Shown here piece after piece: positions 12,168 to 24,100 of a DNA stretch of 50,117 nt. The DNA is taken from the NCBI GenBank assembly GCA_013239625.1, contig MU054220.1, forward strand, positions 434,001 through 484,117, given 5' to 3'. Made by a program: the position numbers and the translations under genes. This stretch comes from Lama guanicoe. Its lineage: Eukaryota. The notes under the pieces were generated by a model. The model saw only the letters and a program-made list of their open reading frames with translations. It made no database searches and was not told where the DNA came from. Within the stretch, counting starts at the first letter, position 1, and the number at the start of each line of letters is the position of its first letter.

Positions 12168-13058
12168 AAAACCCAAAATGTCACTGGAACCATGATGAGA
12201 AACCTGCTATGGAGAGACGTCGCAAAGTCCCTTTGGGGCAGGGCCAATGCAGTTCCTCCCCTTCCTGCTTCAGAGGTGGGTCCCATGTCTGTGTCCTCCG
12301 TGAGCAGTCCAGAGGACCCCTCGCTACCACTCAGCGTCAGCGTGACTGTCAGGAGAAGCTCCATCCTGTCGTGACCAGGTTCCACGGGTGGAGTCCAGGT
12401 GAGAGAGAGGAGGAGAAGTGAAGGAGAGAGAAGTCAAGCTGTCTTCCCGATTTGTTTACACTCTTCCCCTCAATGCAAATAGTTGTTACAAGGTATCTGG
12501 CCCTGCAGATTAAACTGTGGCAATTTCCCCTTGAGACTGTTCCTCAAAAAGGGAAAATACTTTTATATAGGAATGCCCAAAGCATGGCCTTTCTTAAAAC
12601 ACTCTAATTAAGTGAATGCTAAATATAGATTCTTAAAAACTCATCAATACTACTAACCTTCCACTTCCTGAAAAATCAGAGTGTAGTCTTTCCAACCAGC
12701 TTGTGGGATAAACCTTGCTTTGTCTGTTTCTGAAGCTACTACGAAGGGAAATGTGATGAGCTTTATGTGTTTATGTGTGTGCATCCCTGGGGCCCACATT
12801 CCTTAGGTTTCCACAGTTAGTCACTGATCTCTGTGGACATCAAGATATGAAGACAGCAGCATCACCTTGGGACTCAAATAATTAATGACTTATCTGAAAT
12901 ACAAACGGGGGGAAAACTGTCCCAACTTGGGACACATTATAATCCAACAGGATTCCTCGCAGAGCTCATGATGCACTGCAGAGCACTGTACCCGCATCCG
13001 AACATGGTTTTGTGAACCAGAGGTCACGCTGCCCTTGTGAAGTACACGAATACGCCTG
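12168..13058 (-). promoter_or_regulatory. Candidate OR5L1 5' non-coding exon/promoter block
   Basis: Lies 1.3-2.2 kb upstream of the ATG and is conserved with the paralogous block at 470-1420. Contains O/E-like ATCCCTGGGG (~12783) and CACCTTGGGAC (~12863), and homeodomain TAATTAATGA (~12879). Confidence 0.5.
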
Positions 13059-13438
13059 AGGGACTCCTCCCAGGTCTGCTTCTCTTCTGAGTGTGCAGCA
13101 TCTCCCTAAACCAGCACCATTCAAAAGACGGCCTGTGGTTTGTGCTCCTGGATCAATACCAAATATTTCAAAAATTCCTTGAATGTAATTAGTTACAGGT
13201 ATTGAGTTTCCAAATTCTCAATAACCTGTACTTATTTCCCTAAAATTGATCCATCTGATAATTGCCTGACTTTGAGGAGTGTTTCAGCGTCGCTTTTCCG
13301 CCCAGCACTCTCACTATTCCTTTTCTTTTATTCTTCAAAAGCAAGGATTCCACTTATTCATTCACAAATTACTCTGGGAATTACCCCAATGAGAATAGCA
13401 AAAGCAAGTCTCCAAAACCTAAGGCATAAATACACTGT

Positions 13439-13574
13439 CCCCCATGAGTGTGTTTGCTCTGTAAGTCTGCTTATGTTTCGTAAACAAGTTCATTTGGCTC
13501 ACTTCTTAGATTCTACATGTAAGTGATACCATATGACAGTCAACTAGACTTCAATAAAAAAATTGAAAAAAAGA
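13439..13574. mobile_element. Very short 5'-inverted L1 3' UTR insertion
   Basis: A reverse-oriented L1 3' UTR piece (AAGTTCATTTG...TTAGATTCTACATGTAAGTGATACCATATG) is followed by a forward tail TCAACTAGACTTCAATAAAAAAA. It is flanked by ACACTGT at 13432 and 13575. Confidence 0.65.
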
Positions 13575-13864
13575 ACACTGTGAAATTTTGCTCTCCATGA
13601 AGTCTAAACGTTGCTTTTATCAAGACTTTTCAAACCTGTGGTAGGACCTCTTATTTCTTTCTGGCATATATTTTTTCAGGGAAAAATGATGGCATTAGAC
13701 ATGTTTTAGTCGACATAGTGATGTTTTGAAATCAGATGTTAGTAGAGTGAAGGTGATGTTTGTTTAGCATCTGTTTTGTTCTCATTGCTGAGAAGAATAT
13801 ATGCATATAGCTTAATTGCTCTATGATAAGCAATACAGAAACTGAGTACAGAATGAGGATATGT

Positions 13865-14160
13865 CATTACTCATTCATTTTTTTTTTCATTTATTTTTTT
13901 ATTATAGGCTTACCCTGAGCTAGTTACTAGCTTGGGTACTGTGGGAAAAAGAATGTCCCTGTGGCAACAATTTATATTGAATGGGGAATGCAAAACACAA
14001 ATGTATATTTTGTCATTTTCCAGTGCTTCTAAATGCTGAAATAAATATAATTAAAGGCGTCATTTTAAATAAGGAGTTCAGACCAGTCTACTGCGAGGTG
14101 CTTTTTGAGCATGGACCTTTATGAAGTGAGGGAGCAAGTATATGGGAAAAAATGTTGAGT
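13865..14160. mobile_element. L2 LINE 3' fragment (degenerate)
   Basis: CATTCATT-like tail, then GGGTACTGTGG...TTTATATTGAATGGGGA...GAGGTGCTTTTTGAGC...GAAGTGAGGGAGCAAG, typical of L2. Confidence 0.5.
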
Positions 14161-14889
14161 GTGAGCAAAGGGAACTTTTGAGCAAATACAACTTGTTTTT
14201 AGACGGTCAGCTTTTTAAATGCATCTCAACAATTCTGCGGTTTATGATATTGTTCTAGGCTTTCTAAATCCCCTATGGAAAACATGTACAAAATGAATTT
14301 TTCATAGTGACATTATTTATGACAAGGAAAAACATAATAAAACTTATCCGAGTGTATCTACAGGTGTCCTTTAAAGATGTATTTATGCCAGTAGGTTGGT
14401 TTTCCTTAGATCAATAACACAATAAGTGACAACACAAGTACTTTCCCAGTATACTTCCATTAATAAATTTTTGTTGAATAATTTCAGCTCTGTGGAAATA
14501 ATTTGGATGATAAAACAAAAAAAATGGTCAATGTAATTTAAAAATTTTAAGTCTTCTGAAGATTTTCAAAGAAATAAAAAGTACTTAAACCAACACTATA
14601 AGCTTCTAAACACGTCACTGTAAGAACTGCTTGTTACACTGTCTTTTTTCCTGTCCCAAATGTATTTTTTGGCCAAACATTCCTGTGTGAAGCTTGAACT
14701 ATGAGAATATGTAGATCATTCCTTGTCCTTAAGAGTCAGGGCATTCCCGGAACAGTGAGCCCCTGGCTTCCACTTCTATAAACTGGAGTCATTTCAAACA
14801 TTATCATATTTGTAGGATATTATATTTCTGTTTTAACCCACTTCTAAGACAACTAAGTCATTAATAGTGATTTGTAAAAAGAATAACCA

Positions 14890-17050
14890 TCAGCAAAGTA
14901 GACATTTAATTAAACACCTGTACCAAAATTGCGCCTAACAAAAATAATACCGTAGTCTTAATATAAACTCAGACCAAATCTCTTTAAACTTCCACAAGTG
15001 TCTTCAAGATATATTTTTACAGTTAATTTGAATCAAGATTCAAACAAATTTGGTGGTTGTAACTAGGTTTCCTTTAGTATGTAACAGTTCCAGTGTTATA
15101 TAACATGGTCCATATATTGTATAATAGTTCCTTTTGTGTGTTTGTGTGTGTGTACATATATGTGTGTTTAGGTAATTTTTTGGAGAAATTGAATCATTTG
15201 TAGAATGGTTCATAGTCTGCATTTGGCTTTTTGCTTTATTTGGGGTCATTTGACTTGTTCCTACATCAGTTCTTTAAACTGATGCTCACATCAAGAAGCT
15301 TTATAGTTCAGATTCACTCCCTTAGTTTCCTCGAGGCGAGGAGTCTTCCTACGTGGTCCTCATGACCGCCAGCCGCAGCAGGTGTAGGCTGTGTGCTCCC
15401 TGGTGTCCGGCTTTCCGTGATGCTCAGTCTGATCTGTGGATTCAGGCACTGTCAGCGGGATTACTTCATTTTAGCATTTCCCACCAACTTTCACTTAATG
15501 TTTTTAATACCTTCTGATTTTACTTCTGAATTTCTCCTGAACTGTTGGGTAACCCTGAAATACAATTCACTGAGGAAAGACAGAATAACTATTTATCTCA
15601 TTTATTTACCAATATTCCACATAATGATATCCTCAGCAACATTTAATAGTAACCAATGGTTTTTTTTTTTTAGTATTTAGACATATTTGACTTAAACATA
15701 TTTGATGACTTTAAATTAATTTCAGTCAATACTCATTTTTATGTTCATCATAAGCTAGTGGGTAGCCATTTCAAGTTTTGGGACTAGCAGTGTTTACTGC
15801 AACTGAGTTACCTTCATTAGTGGGTATTTGATTTAAAAGGAAAAATGTTTCAAATTGAATTTTGAATTAAAATTGAACATTTTTATTTGCTCCTGTTAGA
15901 GCTGTAATTCTTCTCCATGTTGTTAACTTTAGTTTCAATAAAATTTCAATAATTATTTACTTTATACTAAAGTAGCATTGCAATATGTGGTACACTCAAA
16001 ATGCTGTGTTTCAAGTCCTTTATAGAAAGTGTTTCACTCTTTTTGACCATGTTTCCAACATTATGAATGGATTCATTTCTTTTTATCTGTTTTTAATTTT
16101 TTGGATATCTTTGTTACACTTTCTGATATAAAGTTAGGTCATTTAAACTGTGTAAAATATTACTTTTCCCCCAAAGCAATGCTATACTACAAAGTTCATT
16201 TCTAGAAGTTTTCTTTCATCTCTTTCTTCTTTTATGAGTTTTTGTTTTACCTTCTCTTATTTCACACAGTTTATTATATTATAAAATCTCTTCTATATCT
16301 TGTCTTTCTTCATGGAAGATTATGTTCTAGAACTCTCTCCATAGCAATAAAGAGAAAGCTTCCCCTTTCTGTTTTTACGACTGCATACTTTCAGGTCTAT
16401 GAATGCTTTAAAAAGGATAAGGGCACATGAATTGTTGCTAGTAATTCAAATTACAGGTAACATGTTACCTTCCTGCCTCCAATGTATCCAAATGTCTGTT
16501 TCTCCGCATCTTCACTTGCAGGGATTTTGCTGTTCTGGTAGGTGAGGAATGAGAGCTCAAGGCAGTTTCCATTTGTATTTCTATTATTATAAGTCAGGTT
16601 GAACAATTCTTCAAATGTTTAAGGGCTGTTTGTTTTTCTTTTATAAGAGCTGTTAATTATGTCAGCTTTTTCTAGAGGATTGTCATTTTCTCCTCTTCTA
16701 TATGTGATAAACGTGGTAACTTTGTTTTCAGCTTTTTATTTGAAATATTACTCATTTTCTGTTATTTTGCCAAGAAGTTTTATAGAATCATGCAATGTTA
16801 GTTTTAAACTGGTATTTAGAACTCTCTTTTGGTGTGGGAAATAAAGTGAGATCAAATTTTATCATTTTCTAGTATGGTTACCTATTTGTCCAAATATGAC
16901 ATTGTTTTAATAATAAGGTCTTTAAAATATATTTTAAATTATATAGGGTTAGTCTTCCTACTACAATTTGCTTTAATTTTTAGGATGTTTGTTACTGGAT
17001 ATTTGTTCTTGTTTAGTCATTCATACAAATATTAGAACAGAAAACCTGAA
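14890..17050 (-). mobile_element. Highly decayed old L1 (L1ME-type) fragments
   Basis: T-rich tract with L1-like remnants such as TTTCCATTTGTATTTCTATTATTATAAGTCAGGTTGAACA and GGAAATAAAGTGAGATCAAATTTTATCATTTTC. Boundaries are uncertain. Confidence 0.45.
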
Positions 17051-17924
17051 ATACAATTCCTCAATATTTGCAAATAAAATGTGTATTATATTTGTACTAG
17101 TTCTAATACTATAGGAACTAGATTAGATAATGCCTGTAGAGATTTCCAGACCTGGTAATACTGGGAATGCAGCCTTTTGAGTAATAATATCCAAACATGT
17201 CTAGGCATATTAAAATGACCACAGTGAGTGTCCTTTCTGAAGGACAAAACAAGTTTCTGTGACCTAGAGGTACCATCATGAAAAGGCACTAGACTTAGAG
17301 TCAACAGGATGAGTTCTTGTCTCATTTCAGTCATTTCTAGACTGGTTTCTTTAATCTCCACATCATCTACACAATTGGTATAAATGTCCTTGTTTTTTGT
17401 ACGTCTCCACATAATTTGATTGTTTGAAGTAGAAGACTGTCCATTTATAGAATTCACAGAACCCAAGGGATGAAGGTGCCAGAAAAAAATCACCCCTCAT
17501 TTTTGATAGCCATCTGTATTTCCCAGCAATGACACAATGCTTCAGTGACATACAGCATGAGTAGCTTTAAAGGCAAGTCATACAGTGCCATCTGCAGCAA
17601 CAAACCAGAAAGGCTTTCTCTCTGCTGAGTTACCATCATTCTCTCAACAAATACATTCCCCACATTGAAACTTCTGGTGTGCTTTGTAGTATTTCATGTG
17701 TTTGTTTTTAGAGCATTTGAAGAAATAGATGCTTTGTGGATAAAGTCCCGTGGAATTCATCCCAGAATGAACTTCTTGTTCTTTTTCAAGGGATTTGAGC
17801 TTACCAATTCACAACAGATTAACATCACAGTCATCTATAAAAACCTTATGAAAATATTCGTTACCGTTTTAGAAGTCTCTGAGCCCATTGTTCATTGAGA
17901 TTGGAGACATCTTTTGATATTGGT

Positions 17925-18863
17925 TCAGTGAAGTGAGACTTTTGTGTCTACTAATTTCCAGAAGGCATCCTTCACATCTTTATTCCTCAGGCTGTAGATC
18001 AGAGGGTTCAGCATGGGGTTGACCACTGTGTAAAAGACAGAGGCCACCTTGACAGTCTGCCGAGAATTTTTCGAGTTGGGGATGCAGTAGAGGGAAAGGA
18101 TGGTCCCGTGGAAGATGGTGATGGCGGTCAGGTGGGAGGCACAGGTGGAGAAGGCTTTGTGACGCCCACTGGCAGAATGGACGTTCAGCACTGTGACAAA
18201 AATAAAGATGTAGGAAGTGAGGATGATCAGGAGTGTGCTCACCTCATTGAAGGTGGCGAAGCCAAAGAGCAGCAGGTGGGGGACGTGGATATCTGAACTC
18301 GAGACAGCGATGAGAGCCGTGTATTCACAGAAAAAGTGGTTGATTACATTATGTCCAGAAAAGTTTAGTTGGAGAGCATAGCAAAGGAGTACCAGGGGGC
18401 CAAACATACCCCAGAGATATGACCCCGCCACCAGCAGGGCACAGAGCCTCGGTGACATGGCCACTGTGTAGAGCAGAGGATTACAGATAGCCACAAAGCG
18501 GTCATAGGCCATCACCGCCAGCAGGAAGGACTCAGTCACCACGGCCGAGCAGGACAGGAAGTACTGCAGCATGCAGCTGGAGTAGGAGATGCTCTTATCG
18601 GCCACGACCAAGTTCTCAAGCAACTTGGGAGTCACAATGGAGGAGTAGCAAAAATCCACCAACGAAAGGTGACTAAGGAAAAAGTACATGGGGGTGTGAA
18701 ATCTGGGGTGAATTTTGATGATTAATATCATCCCGAGGTTCCCTACCACCGTGATCACGTACATGATCAGAAACACAAGGAAGAGAGGAACTTGAAGCTC
18801 TGGGTAATCTGTGAAACCCAAGAGGGCAAAGGTCGTCTTCACACTCAGGTTTCTTGCAGCCAT
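17925..18863 (-). CDS. OR5D14: Olfactory receptor OR5D14-like (312 aa from MAARNLS, intact)
   Basis: [71 protein letters not shown] and DAFWKL match human OR5D14 as recalled. The start is placed at the ATG before the NLS sequon rather than at 18953. Confidence 0.93.
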   Translation of the reverse strand: MAARNLSVKTTFALLGFTDYPELQVPLFLVFLIMYVITVVGNLGMILIIKIHPRFHTPMYFFLSHLSLVDFCYSSIVTPKLLENLVVADKSISYSSCMLQYFLSCSAVVTESFLLAVMAYDRFVAICNPLLYTVAMSPRLCALLVAGSYLWGMFGPLVLLCYALQLNFSGHNVINHFFCEYTALIAVSSSDIHVPHLLLFGFATFNEVSTLLIILTSYIFIFVTVLNVHSASGRHKAFSTCASHLTAITIFHGTILSLYCIPNSKNSRQTVKVASVFYTVVNPMLNPLIYSLRNKDVKDAFWKLVDTKVSLH

Positions 18864-19869
18864 CACCACAGTGCCTTCGAAGAGAGGGGCTGGGAGAAGG
18901 GACTTGCCCTTTACAAAAAGAAGATTTTGGAGAATGAGTGACAGGCACCGCATGACCTTCTATGGTGGACAAAAGAAAATCAGAAGAGTTATTGGTCCTG
19001 ACTTCTTCCACAGAGAACATGCCTCATACAGAGGACAGGTGTGGACGTGCCCCACCAAGCTGAGTCTCTGAAATGTCTTTGCATTTCCATCGCCATTCGC
19101 ATTTCCAAATGAGACACTTGTAGTGTATACATCCACTCATTAGCGAGTGGTGTAATATGCACATAACTGTTAGAAAATGCTTGCACGTAAGTGCATAAAC
19201 TACTGAAAGAGTCTAAAAAATATGGAAAATGTTTGCTGCAAAGAACCACATATATTGCTACTGTATTTTTTGTCTGTGAACAGAAATCAAGTAAAGTCTT
19301 TACCAGAATATATGTCTTTTTCAAGAATAAAGTAAATCACTACAGAAATCTAAGAACAGAGCATAGCAACCCCATTTTAACACCTTTTGTTCAGTAAAGG
19401 CTGCTTCCCTCATGGACTTGTTTAGCTGTCGAGGAAGACAATGGCTCGCTTTGAGTTCTGAACGGAGTGTACACTTTATCAGGATTTTTAGCCTGCAGCT
19501 TAGCTTTTAATGCAGTCCTAGACATTGTATTGCTACCTCTTAAGGGTCTCAGGATTTATCAGGTAAGAGTTCCCTCGGAATTAACTAGGTCTCACTCTTG
19601 TGATAGTTTATATACCAATTTAAGGTGCATATAAAGAAATATGTATAAATATCCATTTCCAGGTAGTAAATTTACTCCACTCTTTGTAAGATAGTTGTCA
19701 ATGGTCTCGAAGTCAAATCTGTGCATGATTGTTAACTTCTTTCTTTAATATAATTGAACTCAGACTTGTATATCATTTACAGTGAGTTATCATAAAAAGA
19801 AAAGTAAATGAATGCCCCAGGTACCATTTCAAGAAAATAGTATTTTTACCCTTTCATAAACACCCTGAA

Positions 19870-20170
19870 AGTCTTACCTGCTACAGAGAAACAGGTCACC
19901 ACCCCACCCTGCTTCTCTGCAAGCTGAGTGTTACTGGGACACCAAGGTTCTTACATCTCGCTTGGTAACCCTGGGGACCCGAACTCTGGGGACTCACTAG
20001 CATCTCACTCCTCACAAACAACAAGACAGGCAATTAAGGCAAATGGCAAGTCTCTTGCAGCATTTTTAATGACTGGAATGTTCTTGAAATTACACAGAAA
20101 AATTGGGGCTTGTAACTGACTAACAGGATTTACTTGCCCATAATTAAAAAGTCCTCTCAAATTAATAAAA
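19870..20170 (-). promoter_or_regulatory. Candidate OR5D14 first exon and promoter
   Basis: Donor CAG|GTAAGA at ~19877; tandem O/E sites GTCCCCAGGGT (19968-19978) and GTCCCCAGAGT (19983-19993); homeodomain TTTTTAATGA (~20063) and TAATTA (20141-20146). Confidence 0.6.
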
Positions 20171-20804
20171 CTAAAATAAAACTAAGGGAGGCAGCATTTT
20201 AAAATCCTGTCTCATTTACAGAAAATTTTAGAGGGTTTTGTTTGTTTGTTTTTTTGTTTTTTGTAGAATACTTCACTGATAATAAAAGGCAAAGATAACC
20301 CAGAAAAGTGTGCTAACCGGAACACTTAGTCTCTGGTTTTTGGGTTTGTTTTTTTTTTTGAGGGCGGAAGGATGCATTTCTAAGTGTATTACAATTTTAC
20401 CCAATTGAAAAAATATTATTTGCTAATTATGAAAATATGCAAAGAAAGGATATTCTGTTAATGTGGTTTCCTAAAATATGCTACCTGTGTACTTTCTTAG
20501 TCCCTATCTCTGGAATCATAAAGTTTTGTCTTTGTGTTAGGAAACCAGCACTCTGAAAGGTAAGAGAGAATCTTAACCTAAAATTGACTGAAGAACCCAA
20601 AATTTAAAGTAAAGTACTCACAAAAAAACATGGCTGAGTTAATAGTACATTTTTTAAACAATGGGAATATTTTAAAACTTTCTTTTACTTGGTTTTTTAA
20701 CTGAGGTTATTTTATTAACAACATTTTTTAACTCAAGAGTGTTTTGAAATTTATTCGAAAGGCCCAAAATGCTTTTCTCTGCCCTGGAGCAATTTCTGCC
20801 TTCC

Positions 20805-21770
20805 TTTTTTATTTTATTTTTTTAATTCTCATTTTTTACTGAAGTGCAGTTGAGTTGCAATGTTAGATTCAGGTGTACAACAAAGCAATTCAGCCATATA
20901 TATGCACATATATATACGTATATATGTATATATATATATATATATTTCAAATTCTTTTCCATTACAGCTCATTACAAGAAATTGAATATAATTCCCTGTG
21001 CTATACAGTAGGTCCTTATGGTTTATCTATTCTGTATATGGTAATGTGTATCTATTCATCCCAGACTCCTACTCTGTCCCTCCTCTTCTTTCCCCCGAGT
21101 AACTGAAGTTTGTTTTCTATGTCTGTGAGTCTATTTCTGGTTTGTCAAAATAATTTGAATTTGTATCTTTTCTTTCCTTTTTTTTAGATTCCACTTAATA
21201 AGCAACAACATATGATATTAATCTTTTTCTGTCTGACTTACTTCAATTAATGATAATCTTTAGGTCCATCCATGTTGCTGCAAAAAGGATTATTTTTATG
21301 GCTGAGTAATATTCTATTACACACACACACACATATACAAATAACTTCTTTATCCATTCATTTGTCAATGGACATTTAGGTTGTTTCCATATTTGGCTAT
21401 TATAACACTGGGGCTACTGAAACACTGGGGTGCATGTGTCTTTTTTGAATTATAGTTTTCTCCAGATATATGTCCAGGAGTGGGATTGCTGGATCATATG
21501 GAAGTCTATTTTTAGTTTTATCAAATAACATCTGTACTGTCCTCCATAGTGGCTGCACCAATTTAAATTCCCACCAATAGTGTAGGATGGATCCTTTTTC
21601 TCTACACCCTCTCCAACATTTATTTGTAGACTTTTTAATGATGGCCATTCTGACTGGTATGAGGTGATACCTCATTGTATTTTTGACTCGCATTGCTAAT
21701 AATAATTAGCAATATTGAGTATCTTCTCACATTCCCGATGTCCATCTGGATGTCTTCTTTGCAGAAATGG
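20805..21770 (-). mobile_element. L1 3' end (ORF2 C-terminus plus cetartiodactyl-type 3' UTR)
   Basis: ORF 21400-21693 encodes TMRYHLIPVRMAIIKKSTNKCWRGC...[10 protein letters not shown] (L1 ORF2 Cys-rich end). The 3' UTR reads TTCCCTGTGCTATACAGTAGGTCC. Confidence 0.9.
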
Positions 21771-21990
21771 CTTCACAGGTGAATTCTACCAAACATTTTG
21801 AGAAGAGTTAACATCTATCTTTCTGAAATTATTCCAAAAATATTAAAGAGGAAGTAATACTTGCAAACTCATTTTATGAGGCCACCATCACTCTGATACC
21901 AAAACCTGACAAAAATATCACAAAAAAGAAAATTACAGTCAATATCACTTATGAATACAATACAAAAATCCTCAACAAAATACTAGCAAA
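21767..21990 (+). mobile_element. L1 ORF2 reverse-transcriptase-region fragment (inverted 5' part of the adjacent L1)
   Basis: ATGGCTTCACAGGTGAATTCTACCAAACATT (GFTGEFYQTF), TCATTTTATGAGGCCACCATCACTCTGATACCAAAACC (SFYEATITLIPKP) and AAAATCCTCAACAAAATACTAGCAAA (KILNKILA). Confidence 0.88.
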
Positions 21991-22819
21991 TTGACTTCTC
22001 TAACTTCCCATAAGTGAAACCGTGAGGCCAAGGAGTTAGAAGAACGATGCTTCCGTAGGAGAACACAGTGATGAGCCCATTAAGACGGGACTGTGACTTG
22101 TCTGATCAGGAAAACATGGTGGGATGATGTTAACTGGTTAGGGAGTAGGGGCACCAAGGTGTCTTACAGTTTCTACTTTCAGTCTCTTCAAACACTGCTC
22201 TGAGGTCCCCAGGTAAGGAATCCACTGTAGCCTCCCAGTGGGTGAGAGATTCCATGGGAAAACGCTGAGACACCCCACCCAATAGCCAGGACCAGATCTC
22301 CTAACAGAGGGGTGACATCATTTCAGAAGTTTTAGCCCCACCAGAGCTCCCAATGGATTGTGGTCGCAAGATGAGCCCAAGGGAGACTGGCAGAAGGCTC
22401 ACACAGTCAGCCCACAGAATGGTGAGAAATGATTGAAACTGGAGAGAGAAAATAGGCTTACCTCTGCTGGTTTTCTAAAACAGCGTAAAGTCTCTCCTCT
22501 AGTAAGCGATAACCTCTTTCCTGTCCTACGATGAAGGTAGAGCTCCAGAGGCATCCACACAATAACCACTTTCCATTTCCCCATGATTTTCCTAGAGAGG
22601 TCAGACTCAGTAAGGGAGAGCTGCTTTGAAAGTCCTTATGCCCCGGCCTGAACAGGAGAAGACACTTCTCTTGTTGCTTTATGCAAATTTTCTGATTTTC
22701 TTGTGATATTCTTGTCCCCTCTCTTTGGATAAGAGATTAGTCAATTTATTAAGTTGCAGTCATATTTATTTAGTCTCTGATTCTGCACCTTTGAAAGTTT
22801 TAATATTTGGAAAGATTAT

Positions 22820-23291
22820 TGTCTCAGTTTCCTACTGCTACTGCCATAAATTACATTAAAAAAAAAACTTAGTGGTTTGAAACAATACATATTTGTTACT
22901 GTAGTTCTGCGGGGCAGAAGTCCAAAATGAGGGATAAGGCTTAAATCAAGGCAGAGCTGGTTCCTTCTGAAGGCTCCAGGGGACATCCGTCCTTTGCTTC
23001 CTCCCGCCTCTGGAGGGCGCTCACAGCCCTTGGCTGTGACAGAACCACGCCAGCCTCTGCTTCCATCGTCACATCGCTGTCTCTTCTGTAACAAATCTCC
23101 CCCTCCCTCCCTCTTATAAAGACACTTTAATTATATTTAGCACTCAGACAATCCAGGCCAATCGTCCAATCTCAAAATCCTTGATCACAGCTGTGAAGTC
23201 CCTTTTGGGTAGAAGGTAACACTGACATTCATTCAAGATTCCAAGGTTCAGGGCCTGGGTATCTCTGGGGGCTTTTGTTTAGTTTATCACA
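22820..23291 (-). mobile_element. MLT1 (MLT1D-like) MaLR solo LTR
   Basis: TG...CA ends with an approximate 5-bp TSD ATTAT/ATAAT, and hallmark segments CTTAGTGGTTTGAAACAA, GTTCCTTCTGAAGGCTCCAGGGG, CCTCTGCTTCCATCGTCACAT and ATCTCAAAATCCTT. Confidence 0.88.
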
Positions 23292-23334
23292 ATAATCCTC
23301 TACTTCTGTCCAATGGAGACTTTTTATGTATCTG

Positions 23335-23370
23335 TGGATGGATGGATGGATGGATGGATGGATGGATAGA
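23335..23370. repeat. (GGAT)n tetranucleotide microsatellite
   Basis: GGATGGATGGATGGATGGATGGATGGATGGATAGA. Confidence 0.95.
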
Positions 23371-23604
23371 TTCATGCATGTATATATTCATATAGTCACG
23401 TATTTATTTGTTTAACTTCTTCCATTAAGCACCACAAAGTACTGGACAATGATACTTACTCAGAGGAAAAATTTTCCCCACAGGACTTCCTTGTTTCTAG
23501 TGCTCTGCTATTCCCACACTTTTTCGAACTTTTTGTCTTCTCTATCATCTATTCCATTTAACAGAGAGAAGAGACAAGCTACTTCTTTCTTTTTTCCAGC
23601 TTTA

Positions 23605-24100
23605 TACAATTCTTTATCCACTCACTCATCACTGGACACTGATACAGTTTCCATGTCCAGGCTCTTGTGAGTAATTTTGCAATAAATAAGGAGGTGAGGA
23701 CATCTCTTCAAGAGAAAGTGATTTCATTCCCTTTGGATAAATACTCAGCAGGGAATCATACAGTACTTCTATTTTCATCTTTATTTACATTTTTAATGAA
23801 TTTCCATTCTGTTTTCCATAGTGCTGTCCACAGTGGTTATACAAATTTATGCAAATTTACATTCTCACCAACAGTGCACCAGGATTCTGTTTTCTCCTTG
23901 CTAGTAACAAATTCTTGCTGACATTTGTTCTCTCTTTTTTTGTTTGTGTTTGTCTTGTTTTTGTTTTTGGACAATAGGCATTCTAACAGGTGTGAGGCGA
24001 CATCTCATTTTGGGTTTGATTTACATTTCCCTAATAATCGGTGACGTTCTGCATGTTTTCATGTATGTATTGGCCACGCGTATGTCCTCTTTGGAAATAA
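23605..24100 (-). mobile_element. Old L1 (L1MA-type) ORF2 C-terminal fragment
   Basis: GATTTCATTCCCTTTGGATAAATACTCAG, CATTCTAACAGGTGTGAGG and GATTTACATTTCCCTAATAAT. Confidence 0.75.

Noticed and set aside
21630..21641. ACTTTTTAATGA, a close match to the H/P enhancer extended homeodomain motif
   Set aside because: It lies inside L1 sequence where this tract is native, with no adjacent O/E site.
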